A DNA stretch of 57,345 nucleotides from a virus. Its lineage: Duplodnaviria > Caudoviricetes. Below are positions 39,799 to 49,973 of the stretch, piece after piece. The stretch is taken from positions 1 to 57,345 of the IMG/VR virus record IMGVR_UViG_3300009418_002352. One strand, given 5' to 3'. Both the position numbers and the translations under genes were made by a program. Under the pieces are notes generated by a model, which made no database searches, was not told the origin of the DNA, and was given only the letters and a program-made list of their open reading frames with translations. How positions within the stretch are numbered: position 1 is the stretch's first letter; every line of letters starts with the position of its first letter.

Positions 39799-40644
39799 TT
39801 AAACCTCGATTCCGATAGCCAGGTAGTTGTAGACTTCGGTATTCTTGTTGGGAGCAGCGTCTACCCCTGCATCATCAACGGTGAACCCATCGGACCCCAG
39901 AGCTATCAGAGCATGGAAAGCGAACTGGGTGCCTCCACCCCAACGGTAGGACTGACCAGATGCATTGTCATCAACTATCGTGTCAGTGGTCACGAACGTG
40001 TTGATATTGGGGGTCTCAGCAGTACCCCTAGGCCATACCCAAAGGAACTTGACAGTGAACCCAACGCCAGTAATTGCCTGTGAAGTAGAACCATCTCCGG
40101 TGTAGGACCCAGTAGCAATCTTACATGCGTCAGCCCCATCTGAGTGTGAAAGTACGGTATGGGTGTGGGTATGTAAGGATGTGTTGGAGCCATCAGTCAG
40201 AGTGTTAAGTTCTGCCCCGGTACCGGTGGTGTCGCTGTGACTAGCAACGGTATGAGCATCAGCGTGGTGAGCAGAACCTGAGTGGGTTCCGTCCACAGTT
40301 GGTGAGGCCCACGTACCACCAAGCTCTCCAGCAGGTGCTGTACCTGCAACAATCTCAGAAGATAGGTTTCCAGTTGCAGTTCCTACTAAGAAATCAATAC
40401 TGTTAGGGACTCCAAGAGCATCTATAGCTTGTTTAACTCTTAATGGAGTCCATCCTGCTATTACTGTTGAAGTACCAGCAGTAGCTAATGCTTGAGTAAT
40501 AGCTGTCCTTACTGTACCAGCATCATTCCCTGTAGATACGAATACTTCATCAGCAGCAGTAAACTGTTGAATTATATCATCACGAAGATCATTTTGTTGT
40601 GAGGCAAGGATCGTGTCCCCAGCAGAGACATCACTACTCCCCAT
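39799..40644 (-). CDS. Tail fibre / receptor-binding protein
   Basis: VSAGDTILASQQNDLRDD anchor, TPLRVKQAI, Gly/Thr/His-rich shaft, C-terminal TGSYTGDG...GVGF domain. Confidence 0.75.
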   Translation of the reverse strand: MGSSDVSAGDTILASQQNDLRDDIIQQFTAADEVFVSTGNDAGTVRTAITQALATAGTSTVIAGWTPLRVKQAIDALGVPNSIDFLVGTATGNLSSEIVAGTAPAGELGGTWASPTVDGTHSGSAHHADAHTVASHSDTTGTGAELNTLTDGSNTSLHTHTHTVLSHSDGADACKIATGSYTGDGSTSQAITGVGFTVKFLWVWPRGTAETPNINTFVTTDTIVDDNASGQSYRWGGGTQFAFHALIALGSDGFTVDDAGVDAAPNKNTEVYNYLAIGIEV

Positions 40645-40955
40645 GATATATTTCTTCTTTCACTCCCATTCCAGTAATAATAACATGAACACCAGATTTG
40701 TGAGGACATACTCCTTTATTTTGATAACGTGCCATATTACAAGTCCAACACATTACTTGATAACCATTAGGAAAATTATTATTAAACAACCATCTATATA
40801 TCTTCCAAGCTTTATTATCATTATCTCTATGTTTTGACCCATTGTTATCAATTGGAATAACTAGTTTGTTGTTTCCTGTGATAATCACAGGTTTTATAGG
40901 GAGGATTAGAAGGTTTAGAGCACCTTGTACATTTTAGAACTTCTAAAGCACTCAC
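40634..40955 (-). pseudogene. Degenerate HNH endonuclease remnant
   Basis: Zinc-finger N-half (40955-40848) out of frame with HNH C-half (IDNNG...YQVMCWTCN...VCPH). Confidence 0.6.
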
Positions 40956-40962
40956 ATCTGAA

Positions 40963-41349
40963 CTACCCATTAATTGCCTTCCCTGCTATACTTGATTCAT
41001 ATTTCTGAGATTCATCAGTTTTCTGTTCAACAGTAATTTGATTAGAGTTGTGACTTACCTTAAAAGTCATATATATATTTGCAGAATGAACAAAGAATTC
41101 TTTCCATGCAGTAATCACATTGTCTTTATCATGTGACCTAATTAGTATTTGCGTAGAAGAATGTGCAGAAAGAATTGGCTTTAATTCTCTTATATCTCTA
41201 CAATAACTATCTTTACATATCAAAGTAATTATATTAGGCTTAGGAAAGGGACACTCTTCATATAAAACTTCTACAGATTCTCCTTGCCGAATAAGTTCTA
41301 CCATTTCTTCTATAGTTATCTCTAGAAAACCATCATCTTTATCAGTCAT
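40963..41349 (-). CDS. Hypothetical protein
   Basis: ATG 41349 immediately after the upstream stop. Confidence 0.6.
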   Translation of the reverse strand: MTDKDDGFLEITIEEMVELIRQGESVEVLYEECPFPKPNIITLICKDSYCRDIRELKPILSAHSSTQILIRSHDKDNVITAWKEFFVHSANIYMTFKVSHNSNQITVEQKTDESQKYESSIAGKAING

Positions 41350-41351
41350 AC

Positions 41352-42194
41352 TTACCATCCTACACAACCAATGGTATTTACAGGAGCAGCAGCAGTACCA
41401 AGAGCAGTACCCCATACACTGATTGTAGTTATAGATATTTCCTCATTAAGTAGCTCTAATTTTTCTCCATCTGCTAACCTACCATCATAGTCAGCTGGAG
41501 GATCAGCACCATCTAATGCCTCATTAATTTTAAAAAATATTTGTGTTCCTGTATTATTAGTTAACATTACTATTGTAACAGCACTTGAAAACGTTAATGT
41601 TACAGGAGTGCTATTAAAGAATGTTCCAGTGGCAGCAATACTTGCTCCAGATTTAATAGCCACGTCAAGACTCCTATCAAATATTATATACCAATATATT
41701 GTTAATCGCTCTGAGGAAGTTTTAGTAATATTAACTGCTACCCTTGCCCATAAATTACCTGAATCAGCAGCTGAAAGTAAAGCTAGTTCTCTTATTGTAG
41801 CATTAGCTTCAGTAGTAGCAAATTGAACAACAAACCTAGCAGTATATAGAGATCGAATAGACTTAGAGTCAACTGCTTTAGCATCATTAGAACCGTTATA
41901 CTGAGATACTGTTTCAAGATCAGTATCATCAGCAGCAGGAGTAGTAGTACCTGTACCAACTCCTATAAATCCAGGAAAAGTAACAGAACCACCAGTAATA
42001 GCTGAAGCTAGTTCCTCTCTGGTTTTGTTAACTAATATATTCTCTTGTCCACCAGAATTTTTAAGCTCACCAGTTTCTATATCAGTTAAAAGCCAACGTA
42101 CATACCCTTTAGGTTCCATTGATTCTTTAATTGCACCACGAGAACCCGGAAGCATTAATTTGCTATTAGGATTCATCTTCATATTTAACCCCAA
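41352..42194 (-). CDS. Tail tip / baseplate-associated structural protein
   Basis: NILVN...IGVGTGTTTPAADDTDL...EANATIRELAL...KTSSERLTIYW motif typical of tail-tip proteins. Confidence 0.7.
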   Translation of the reverse strand: MGLNMKMNPNSKLMLPGSRGAIKESMEPKGYVRWLLTDIETGELKNSGGQENILVNKTREELASAITGGSVTFPGFIGVGTGTTTPAADDTDLETVSQYNGSNDAKAVDSKSIRSLYTARFVVQFATTEANATIRELALLSAADSGNLWARVAVNITKTSSERLTIYWYIIFDRSLDVAIKSGASIAATGTFFNSTPVTLTFSSAVTIVMLTNNTGTQIFFKINEALDGADPPADYDGRLADGEKLELLNEEISITTISVWGTALGTAAAPVNTIGCVGW

Positions 42195-42445
42195 CTACCT
42201 CCTTCGCTCCAAACTCCTTGTATATTATCTAATGCTAAGTGATGTGAAACTCCAGATTGTCCCCATAAAGTCTTATTAGTAGCAGTAGTTAATACAGTAA
42301 AGAAATCTTCTTTTAATGTCATTCTATCCTGCTTATGAGATGATTTAGAAAGAGGCTTGTTTTCTTCTTTAACGGTTCTTTGAAACACCTCAGTATAAAG
42401 AATACCTAGCAACCTTGAAAGTTCTATTTCATCTTCTCCAGGCAT
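42185..42445 (-). CDS. Small tail-associated protein
   Basis: Coupled between tail genes. Confidence 0.55.
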   Translation of the reverse strand: MPGEDEIELSRLLGILYTEVFQRTVKEENKPLSKSSHKQDRMTLKEDFFTVLTTATNKTLWGQSGVSHHLALDNIQGVWSEGGSWG

Positions 42446-42446
42446 A

Positions 42447-43868
42447 TTAAAAAGCTATTCCATAAGGTAAGTTAGAATATACTATATTGCTTTGAATAAT
42501 TGTGTCTGATAAGTTATTACTAGTATCTGGAGTCAAAACTATTTTAGTCACAGAGATTACAAACATAGACTCTGACTGAAGTTTGTGCGAATCCCATTTG
42601 CGTTGAAACACTTGTCCAGCTTGCCAGCCTTTAGTCCATGATGAAAATGAGCCACGCCTTAATATTGTAGACTTTTTTGCTCTTAATAATTGAATAACAT
42701 GTTCAGCATCATCTAAATTTTTAAATCTCATTCCAGAAGTTTGAGAATACATAAACTGATGTTTTCCATCTCCTCCTGTACGACGTGCTAATTCATCAAC
42801 TGCTGCAAAGTCAGGACCTTCTAAATCATCTGTTATTACATATTTATAAGTTACTTTAATTATATCAGTATCAGCCACAGCATTGGCAGATGCAAATCTT
42901 ACATACGATCCTTGGTCTTTAACATATATAAATACATCTGTTGCTCCACCTGTCCCATCAGCAGTTTGACCATCTACATCTTCATATTTAAATGTTTGAT
43001 TTACATCTCCTCCTCCAGTATCTTTAGAAACACTTGTAACACCTAAAAATCCATATGGAGTACGTGGCAGCATGAATATCTTATTAGTTTCACTTAAATG
43101 ATCAAGACCCTGAGAACCTAAAAACTTATTTGTCTCAGATTCAGTAGATTGAAGTTTTATATCTCTTAAGATTATTTCTGATGCTACACCATCAATGCTT
43201 TCTAGCTCTTTCCAATCAAAATATTCAGTAATATCATTATTTAAATCTAAAGTTAGTAAATTTAAATGTGTAGCTTGTGACGTATTTAATATTTTAAAAT
43301 ATACTTTCTTATCAAAATCAATCCACCATTGCATACCAGTAGATTGAGCTATCATGTCAAATGCTTGAGATGGTACTATTTTATCAAATGTGAAAGCTGC
43401 TAAGATAGCTCCATCAGTCACATTTTCAACATTATCTTTAAAGAATGAATAATGTATATCAGAATCACTTTTACCATGTAAATCTGTGAGGATATCTTTA
43501 ACTGTTTGTCCAGCAGCTTGTGAAGCGTAAAACTCATTAACCAATCTACGATTTAAAAAATATACATAGTCTTGACAAGTACAAAGTATTTCAACAACAT
43601 TTCTCTCAACGCCAAATCTCCTTTCAATAGAAGTTAAAACACCTCCAAATTCTATAGTAGATCCATCTTTAAATATTACTTCATTTCCAGGTTCTGGTTC
43701 TTCTATATCTTGGTTTACAATTACTAGAGTAAACTCCATAGTATCAGCAGCTATCTGTACACTATTTTGAATTACAATAGTAGAAAAGTCAACATAGGGA
43801 AGATAAGAAGCAGGGCTATTAGCTCCCTGGGATGTAGCCGGTACTCCTATTGTTAATGTTAATGCCAT
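42447..43868 (-). CDS. Tail hub/Tal-like minor tail protein
   Basis: Follows tape measure; FGGV...CQDY, WWIDFDKKVYF. Confidence 0.7.
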   Translation of the reverse strand: MALTLTIGVPATSQGANSPASYLPYVDFSTIVIQNSVQIAADTMEFTLVIVNQDIEEPEPGNEVIFKDGSTIEFGGVLTSIERRFGVERNVVEILCTCQDYVYFLNRRLVNEFYASQAAGQTVKDILTDLHGKSDSDIHYSFFKDNVENVTDGAILAAFTFDKIVPSQAFDMIAQSTGMQWWIDFDKKVYFKILNTSQATHLNLLTLDLNNDITEYFDWKELESIDGVASEIILRDIKLQSTESETNKFLGSQGLDHLSETNKIFMLPRTPYGFLGVTSVSKDTGGGDVNQTFKYEDVDGQTADGTGGATDVFIYVKDQGSYVRFASANAVADTDIIKVTYKYVITDDLEGPDFAAVDELARRTGGDGKHQFMYSQTSGMRFKNLDDAEHVIQLLRAKKSTILRRGSFSSWTKGWQAGQVFQRKWDSHKLQSESMFVISVTKIVLTPDTSNNLSDTIIQSNIVYSNLPYGIAF

Positions 43869-43879
43869 TTCACATCCGT

Positions 43880-43996
43880 TGCATGTTTAGTTAGGAACCG
43901 CCAAAAATGGTTTTTCTAGGCCGTTTAATAGGGTTCAACCCAGGTTTAGGTAGATACCATCGGTCATGGTATCAAACGTCCACAAAAACGTTTTCC
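43880..43996. repeat. Dispersed periodic element, copy D
   Basis: GCCAAAAATGGTTTTTCTAGGCCG aligns with A; AAAAACGTTTT near 43984; TGCATGT 43880. Confidence 0.72.
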
Positions 43997-46485
43997 TACG
44001 CAACTAACGGCGCTCCAGAAAATGTTCCACCCCTAGTAATTCCTTTCAAGATAGCTCCTGCTGCTGTCCTACCAGCAACTTGTGGGTCGTTAGAGAAACC
44101 TCCACTCACGTTGACATTAATACTTATACTATTAGAGGTTCTACTTGAACCAGTGAAACCTTTATTCATACCAATCATAAGTCCTTCAGTAATATTCTGA
44201 CCTAATCCCATCATTAATTTAGAAGGAGAATTAAGACCAAAGAAATTCTTTATTACTCCTGGTATGATATCAATTTGACTAGTTAACCATCTGACAAAAT
44301 CTCCCCATCTTCCACTAACACCATTCCATAGACCTTGAACAATTTGAACTCCAAAGCTAAACATGTCAGGAAGTATCATCTTAGCTACATTTACTAATCC
44401 ATTAAAGCTATCCCTCCACCTCCCAACAATAAATTCAAGTAAAACAGTACCAACCTTCTTAGTAAAACCTACTATACCATCAACCATTAAATTCCATCCA
44501 CCTTGGAGAATACCGCCTAATCTATTGGTTGCAAAGTTAAATAACCTTACTAATGTAACTTCAAATAACTTTTTAATAGCTGCATGAACTAACCTTGTAA
44601 AACCTACTATATCATCAACCATTGCACTCCATGCATTTGATAGTATTTCACCTGATTTACTCATAGCACTTACAAAAAGATCCGGTATTGTCTCTGTAAA
44701 TGTATTTTTTACAAGTTCAATAACTTTCTTTCCAGGTTCTATAAAAGGCTTAAGAAACATATTAAATGCAATTTTGTGCATTATTCTAGTAGGTGCCATG
44801 AATAAATCATCAAGTATTGCCCCGGTACCTTGAAGTATATTTGTTAAACCTTTCTTCCAATCACCTTCAGCAAGTGATACAAATCCGATAGCTAATTTCA
44901 TCCATGCTGATTGGAAACCTTGCCACCAATTTCCAGCACTTGCAGCAGGCCCACTTATTACTTCTCTAAATGCATTGTTTAACTCATTCATTTGCCTTTT
45001 CTTGATACCAAGTTCACTTTTATCAAACCTTTCAAACTGTTCATCTAGCTCTTCAGCAGAAAAACCTAATTCATTAAGTATTTGGTCAAGAGTCTTTCCT
45101 TCGTCAAGTAAACTAATAAACTTGTCTATTAATTCATCTGAGCTTTTAACTCCTTTCACTAACCCTACATCTGCTAATGCTAGCAATTTACCAAACGTAT
45201 CAAACTCTTCATTTAATGGCCCTGTCTTTTCTATCAAAGCAGCTAATTCAAATTTAGTAAGATCATTAATTTTCAAACCATATTTCTCTACTAAAACTCT
45301 AGCAGCATCAAGAGCTAAACCTGAAGCTTCTGTAGAACCAGTCAAGATAAAGAATTTATCTGAAAGTGATTGCAATCTTAAACCTTCAGCTATTAATCCC
45401 TTGAAGCCAATTCCTATTGCACCTACAGCTGCTAAAGCTCCAGCTACAGCAAGTGACAGCTTTAAGAATCCAGAGAATTGTAGAAAGATTAAGCTAAAAG
45501 CTAACCCAGTAACATTTCTCTGTAAGAGAGACATTGCTATCATTGCACCTTGAGAAGCAGATGACAGCTGACGCATACGAGTAGCGGCACCATCACTCAC
45601 ATCTGTCATCATTTGAAAGCCACCTGCGGGGGCTCCAGCTTTTCGAGCCTCTTGCTCTGTAATCCGCAATTGATTAGAAAAGGAAATAAGTTCACCAGAT
45701 GTAATTTTTAAACTGGTACTAAATTTCGGATGGACACTTTGAGACAAAGTATCTAATTGATTTGCCATTTTAAGGATTGTTCCGCTAGAAGCACCACCTA
45801 TAATGCTAAATCTAGTTAAAGAATCAGCTAGTTTTTGTGTTTCATTATGAGCTAAACGTTGGGAATCAGACAGACTTAAATTAGAATTACTAAGTCTCCT
45901 CGCATCACCTTCAGCTGTTTTCATTTGGGCAGAAGCTTGTATTAATCTATTTGATAAATCCGATATTTGTGCAGAAGCTGCACTTCCAGTATTTTGAGAA
46001 AACAGTTGTAATGTTTGAGATAAAGATGATAATCTAGCAGATGTAATTTGACCAGTTGCTCCTACTGACCTAATAGATTCTGCCACATCAAAGAATGCCT
46101 TAGCAGTAGACTTGTTTGCTTCAGTAAGATTCAAACCTAAGTTCAATAGTATACCTTGTTCAGAAGTTAACTGCACAGTTGCTTCTGTTAAGCCTGTAAC
46201 ATCTGTTCCAAGAGTTTTCAGAGCGGAAGCTGCTTCTAAAATAGTGCGTTGTAAAAAGGAAGCCTGAGCATTAATTTGCTCTATAGAAGATTCAAATCCT
46301 CTAAACTGAGACATTCTAGAAGCTGCATTAACCAAACTATCCATTCCAGTGCCAACACGGTTAAGCGAAGGAGCTAACTGAGAAGAAGTTTGAATTAACT
46401 TACTTGAAGCAGTATTCATTTCTTCAAGCACAGGTACAGCATTACCACCTGCACTAAACATCATTCTAAATAAGCCAAAAGCCAT
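43996..46485 (-). CDS. Tape measure protein
   Basis: 829 aa helical Ala/Ser/Leu-rich, hydrophobic segments, Trp/Phe periodic repeats, GLNSPSKLM. Confidence 0.9.
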   Translation of the reverse strand: MAFGLFRMMFSAGGNAVPVLEEMNTASSKLIQTSSQLAPSLNRVGTGMDSLVNAASRMSQFRGFESSIEQINAQASFLQRTILEAASALKTLGTDVTGLTEATVQLTSEQGILLNLGLNLTEANKSTAKAFFDVAESIRSVGATGQITSARLSSLSQTLQLFSQNTGSAASAQISDLSNRLIQASAQMKTAEGDARRLSNSNLSLSDSQRLAHNETQKLADSLTRFSIIGGASSGTILKMANQLDTLSQSVHPKFSTSLKITSGELISFSNQLRITEQEARKAGAPAGGFQMMTDVSDGAATRMRQLSSASQGAMIAMSLLQRNVTGLAFSLIFLQFSGFLKLSLAVAGALAAVGAIGIGFKGLIAEGLRLQSLSDKFFILTGSTEASGLALDAARVLVEKYGLKINDLTKFELAALIEKTGPLNEEFDTFGKLLALADVGLVKGVKSSDELIDKFISLLDEGKTLDQILNELGFSAEELDEQFERFDKSELGIKKRQMNELNNAFREVISGPAASAGNWWQGFQSAWMKLAIGFVSLAEGDWKKGLTNILQGTGAILDDLFMAPTRIMHKIAFNMFLKPFIEPGKKVIELVKNTFTETIPDLFVSAMSKSGEILSNAWSAMVDDIVGFTRLVHAAIKKLFEVTLVRLFNFATNRLGGILQGGWNLMVDGIVGFTKKVGTVLLEFIVGRWRDSFNGLVNVAKMILPDMFSFGVQIVQGLWNGVSGRWGDFVRWLTSQIDIIPGVIKNFFGLNSPSKLMMGLGQNITEGLMIGMNKGFTGSSRTSNSISINVNVSGGFSNDPQVAGRTAAGAILKGITRGGTFSGAPLVA

Positions 46486-46492
46486 AATTAAC

Positions 46493-47110
46493 CTACTTTA
46501 AAGAAATGAATCTTCCACCAGGCCCACGAGCAGATATCTGACCTGTTCTTGGATTAGTATAAATGTTAACCAAGTTATCCATTATCTTTTGAGACTCTTC
46601 TTCTGAAATAGCCTCAGCTAATGATGTTAAGCCTGCAACTTCACCATCTGGAGGAGTTAATACAAATATGCTACTTAATATAGGATGTGGGTTTATACCA
46701 CGAGTGCGTATGCTATTTGCTATCCTAAACCCATCTGCACCAGCTCCAAGCTTAACATTAGCCCATTCAACTATTGGAGCAGATAAAACATTTGGACTTG
46801 GTGCAGCACCAAACTCTAGAACTTTCCAATATATCGGAAGTCTAGCAGCTTGTGGGCCAGTTGGGTCTAAAACTAATGACATAGTAGGGTCATCATCAGA
46901 GCCACCTTGCTCTATCTTAACACTCTGTTCATAAGTTCCAGTATATCTGATATTTTGTGTTAATATTTCACTCTGAATAACATTACGATACCTAGTCATT
47001 ATACTTCTTAATAACAAAGATTTAGCAGATGGAATTGAGTTTAAGAGACTTCTCAAACCACTATTTAGTTTTACTAAATCCTCAAAGTTATATGTAAATT
47101 GAACAGGCAT
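46493..47110 (-). CDS. HK97 gp10-like tail completion protein
   Basis: YTGTYEQSV, YWKVLEFG, GINPHPIL. Confidence 0.6.
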   Translation of the reverse strand: MPVQFTYNFEDLVKLNSGLRSLLNSIPSAKSLLLRSIMTRYRNVIQSEILTQNIRYTGTYEQSVKIEQGGSDDDPTMSLVLDPTGPQAARLPIYWKVLEFGAAPSPNVLSAPIVEWANVKLGAGADGFRIANSIRTRGINPHPILSSIFVLTPPDGEVAGLTSLAEAISEEESQKIMDNLVNIYTNPRTGQISARGPGGRFISLK

Positions 47111-47747
47111 TATAGTTGTGACTTAATATCAGATAGTGCATCTTTCATTTTAGATGCTTTGTTTCGAGATTCATTCATAGCACTTAATCTATCAATATCC
47201 CAATATCTAATATTCTCTCTTACATCCCAAGGAGTGGTATTAAACTGTTCCGCTATAAAGATATCCCAATACTCTTGTCCTACCCAACTGAATCTTCCTG
47301 GATTTGGTTTTCTTCCGTTGACGACTGCGATAAAGTATTGGTCAAGCTCGCTACCCCTTGAGATAAAAAATCAGAGCCAGTTGGGTCTTTTTGAATTGTT
47401 GCTACTATATAAGTCATATAGTAACCTGGAATTTCCATCCATATGCCTTCTTCAGCAGACGGTATAGGTAAAGGTTCTCCAGATTTTTCATGTTTAGAAT
47501 GGTAAACCAAGTTCCAACCTGTAATTAATTGAAGAATCCATTCAAACTCAGCTTCACCTTTACTTAAGGCATCAGCCATAGTTGCAGTTTCACCTAATGC
47601 CATGACTTTTGTATTAAATAACTTATGTTTCCTCATAAATGCTTGACCTTCTTTGTAAGGCAAGAGGCCAGGACGACTATAAGTTACCCACAAATCTGGA
47701 GCACCAACTTGTTCTAATGTAAAAGTTTGGTCATCTGAGTAGCTCAT
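47110..47747 (-). CDS. Tail assembly chaperone G (47747-47280) and -1 frameshift product GT (to 47110)
   Basis: Slippery T TTT TTA at 47370-47364; -1 frame open to a TAA overlapping the next ATG; contains IAEQFNTTPWDV. Confidence 0.8.
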
Positions 47748-48084
47748 CTAAATTTTCTCTCCTTGTGATTATTATACCCTTATTTGTATAGAATGTCAAT
47801 CTGTACTTTCCGTTATATTCTTTAGGTTTCTCTACTATATATCTATATACATTAAAAGAGTTTCCTTCTATTGTATATATGAATATAATATCTCCTATTA
47901 ACCTACTAAACTTATTACATAATTCCTTTATATCATTTATAATTTCTAAATCGTAACCATAATGAATGCCTTCTTGTTGTAATTTTGGAAGTAGACCAAC
48001 TGACCTCCAGTATCGTAAAGTTCTTATCCCTAAATCATATCCATCCCCATTAAGTAAGTCAACTATTTCTGATTGAGATAACAT
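47731..48084 (-). CDS. MerR-like HTH protein
   Basis: LGIRTLRYWRSVGLLP...Y. Confidence 0.7.
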   Translation of the reverse strand: MLSQSEIVDLLNGDGYDLGIRTLRYWRSVGLLPKLQQEGIHYGYDLEIINDIKELCNKFSRLIGDIIFIYTIEGNSFNVYRYIVEKPKEYNGKYRLTFYTNKGIIITRRENLDELLR

Positions 48085-48984
48085 TTACATCTTAATAGTT
48101 TTAACTTGGTCTTCACCTATCTCTTCCTTTTCATCAAATAGTTCTTGTGCTATTGCATCCATTGGAACACGTTTCTCAAAGATGTGACTATATCTTTCTT
48201 TATTCATTGCTACTCTAGCTTCATACGACATACTATCTGGACGTGTAGGAGGAGTTAAAGTGTGTAAAATAGAACTTGTATCTATATGTACAGTATGCTC
48301 CCATATGGCAAATCTTTCATAGAATATACCTTCTGTATCCGAATCAACAAACTTAACTCCTGGCAATTGCAATAAAGAAGTTTTAATCAATAATGCAGAC
48401 ATAGAAGCCCACTTCTGATTATATACTCCAGAGTTTTTTTCTCTAAAAGGCCCACCTAACATTTCTCCACTTTTACTATCCATAACCATTGGAGTTATCA
48501 TAGGTACGTTAAATTCTATAAGATCCACTAAAAGATTAGGTTCAGGCATAGCATCATTATCAATAAAGAATGTAAATTGTAGACCACTTTTAATAGCGTT
48601 CATTGCTCCATGTTCACGAGCAGATGCTACCGATGGATTTGGGAAAGCACCAAACCAAACTGGAAACTCTTCAAATGATACTTTGTATCCTCTCTTTTGA
48701 GTATAGATACACATATCTTTAACTAATTGTTCACAGTCGATTCCTTTTTTTTCATCTCTCTTCCAACGATTTCCAACTGCTACTATATAAACAGAACCAG
48801 GACTTGCATGAGGCCAGCTATAATGATCTTGTTCAAAGTATCTGTCTTTCTCTAAATCATTACTAAATGTAATTCTCTTTAAGCAATCTCCATTATGGTT
48901 TTGTATAATGTCAACACCGTCCTCTCCTTCCTTACTAGCCATTAACATTTTATGATAAACAGTATCTTTATTATAATCCGTCAT
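48085..48984 (-). CDS. GT-A fold (GT2-like) glycosyltransferase, paralog 2
   Basis: SVASARE, FFIDND (DxD), SALLIK, EGIFY. Confidence 0.7.
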   Translation of the reverse strand: MTDYNKDTVYHKMLMASKEGEDGVDIIQNHNGDCLKRITFSNDLEKDRYFEQDHYSWPHASPGSVYIVAVGNRWKRDEKKGIDCEQLVKDMCIYTQKRGYKVSFEEFPVWFGAFPNPSVASAREHGAMNAIKSGLQFTFFIDNDAMPEPNLLVDLIEFNVPMITPMVMDSKSGEMLGGPFREKNSGVYNQKWASMSALLIKTSLLQLPGVKFVDSDTEGIFYERFAIWEHTVHIDTSSILHTLTPPTRPDSMSYEARVAMNKERYSHIFEKRVPMDAIAQELFDEKEEIGEDQVKTIKM

Positions 48985-49861
48985 TCACATCCTCTTTAGC
49001 TACTTTAGTAACATCAAATTCTGAGACTTGTTGCTGTTGTAGAATTTTATTATCTTCTGATTCACCTAAGACTGCTATATATGTATCATTAGATAAAGCT
49101 TCGTCATATTCTTCTTGAGATACCCAATTTCGTGTAGGCTCTCTATCATATCTTTCCTTTAATCTTTCCATTCTAGTATCCCATTTTACAGAGTCTGGTC
49201 TACCAGGAGGACTAGCTAAAGTTAATACTTGAGAAGTATCAATCTGTTGAGTTAAGCCATATAGAGTTGTTCTATGAGCAAAACCATCTTCAGCTTCATC
49301 ACTGCTAAAATGAATCTCTGGATTATTAAATATAGCAGTCTTGCACAAAAGAAAACACTGAGGTATCCACCTTTGTTCAAATAGACCTGAGTTTATTTCT
49401 CTAGTTGGACCTCCTAATTGTAAGTTAATAGCAGGGTCTATAACATATGGAGTAATAATTGAAACATTATGTGCCAGTAATTTAGCAAGCATATCTTCTT
49501 GTGGAAGCACATCAGTATCTAACATACATACAAATTGCACTCCACCTATTCTTGCTTCGTTTTTAATAGCATTACGAGTTGCCGCATGAGAAGCCTGCGG
49601 AAAAGTATTATGATATACTTGGAACTCTACATATTGAGCTACATAACCAGCTTCTCTAGTATAATCCTTCATTGCTATTATCTTTTCTTTAGATTCACCA
49701 GTAAAGTCAGTACCAACTGTAGCTATTAAGACAGAGCCAGGACTAAAGTGTGATGTACTATTCAAGTCATGAGAAAAGTACCTTTCAGCTACAATCTGAT
49801 TTTCAAAAGTTAAGGACTTGTCAGCAGGGTTTTTCTGCCTTTCTATTTTTGGTTCATCCAT
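48971..49861 (-). CDS. GT-A fold (GT2-like) glycosyltransferase, paralog 1
   Basis: AATRN, CMLDTD (DxD), FLLCK, EDGF; likely start MDEPK at 49861. Confidence 0.72.
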   Translation of the reverse strand: MDEPKIERQKNPADKSLTFENQIVAERYFSHDLNSTSHFSPGSVLIATVGTDFTGESKEKIIAMKDYTREAGYVAQYVEFQVYHNTFPQASHAATRNAIKNEARIGGVQFVCMLDTDVLPQEDMLAKLLAHNVSIITPYVIDPAINLQLGGPTREINSGLFEQRWIPQCFLLCKTAIFNNPEIHFSSDEAEDGFAHRTTLYGLTQQIDTSQVLTLASPPGRPDSVKWDTRMERLKERYDREPTRNWVSQEEYDEALSNDTYIAVLGESEDNKILQQQQVSEFDVTKVAKEDVNDGL

Positions 49862-49907
49862 ATCTCTTCCTTTAAAATTTAGTGTGCCAACTGTCACTAG
49901 TAGCTTT

Positions 49908-49952
49908 AAAATTAAGGGGAAGCAGTAACCTCGCCAAAGAAACTGCCTCCCC
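49908..49952 (-). terminator. Terminator after tail tube gene
   Basis: GGGGAGGCAGT...ACTGCTTCCCC then TTAATTTT on the - strand. Confidence 0.7.
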
Positions 49953-49973
49953 AAAAAATTAGGGGATTGTCTT

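Noticed and set aside
39799-40340. Diversity-generating retroelement target in the fibre tip
   Set aside because: No reverse transcriptase or template repeat found in the window
49862-49954. N-terminal extension of the first glycosyltransferase in the ORF track
   Set aside because: It overlaps the tail tube terminator; ATG 49861 fits the paralog length better
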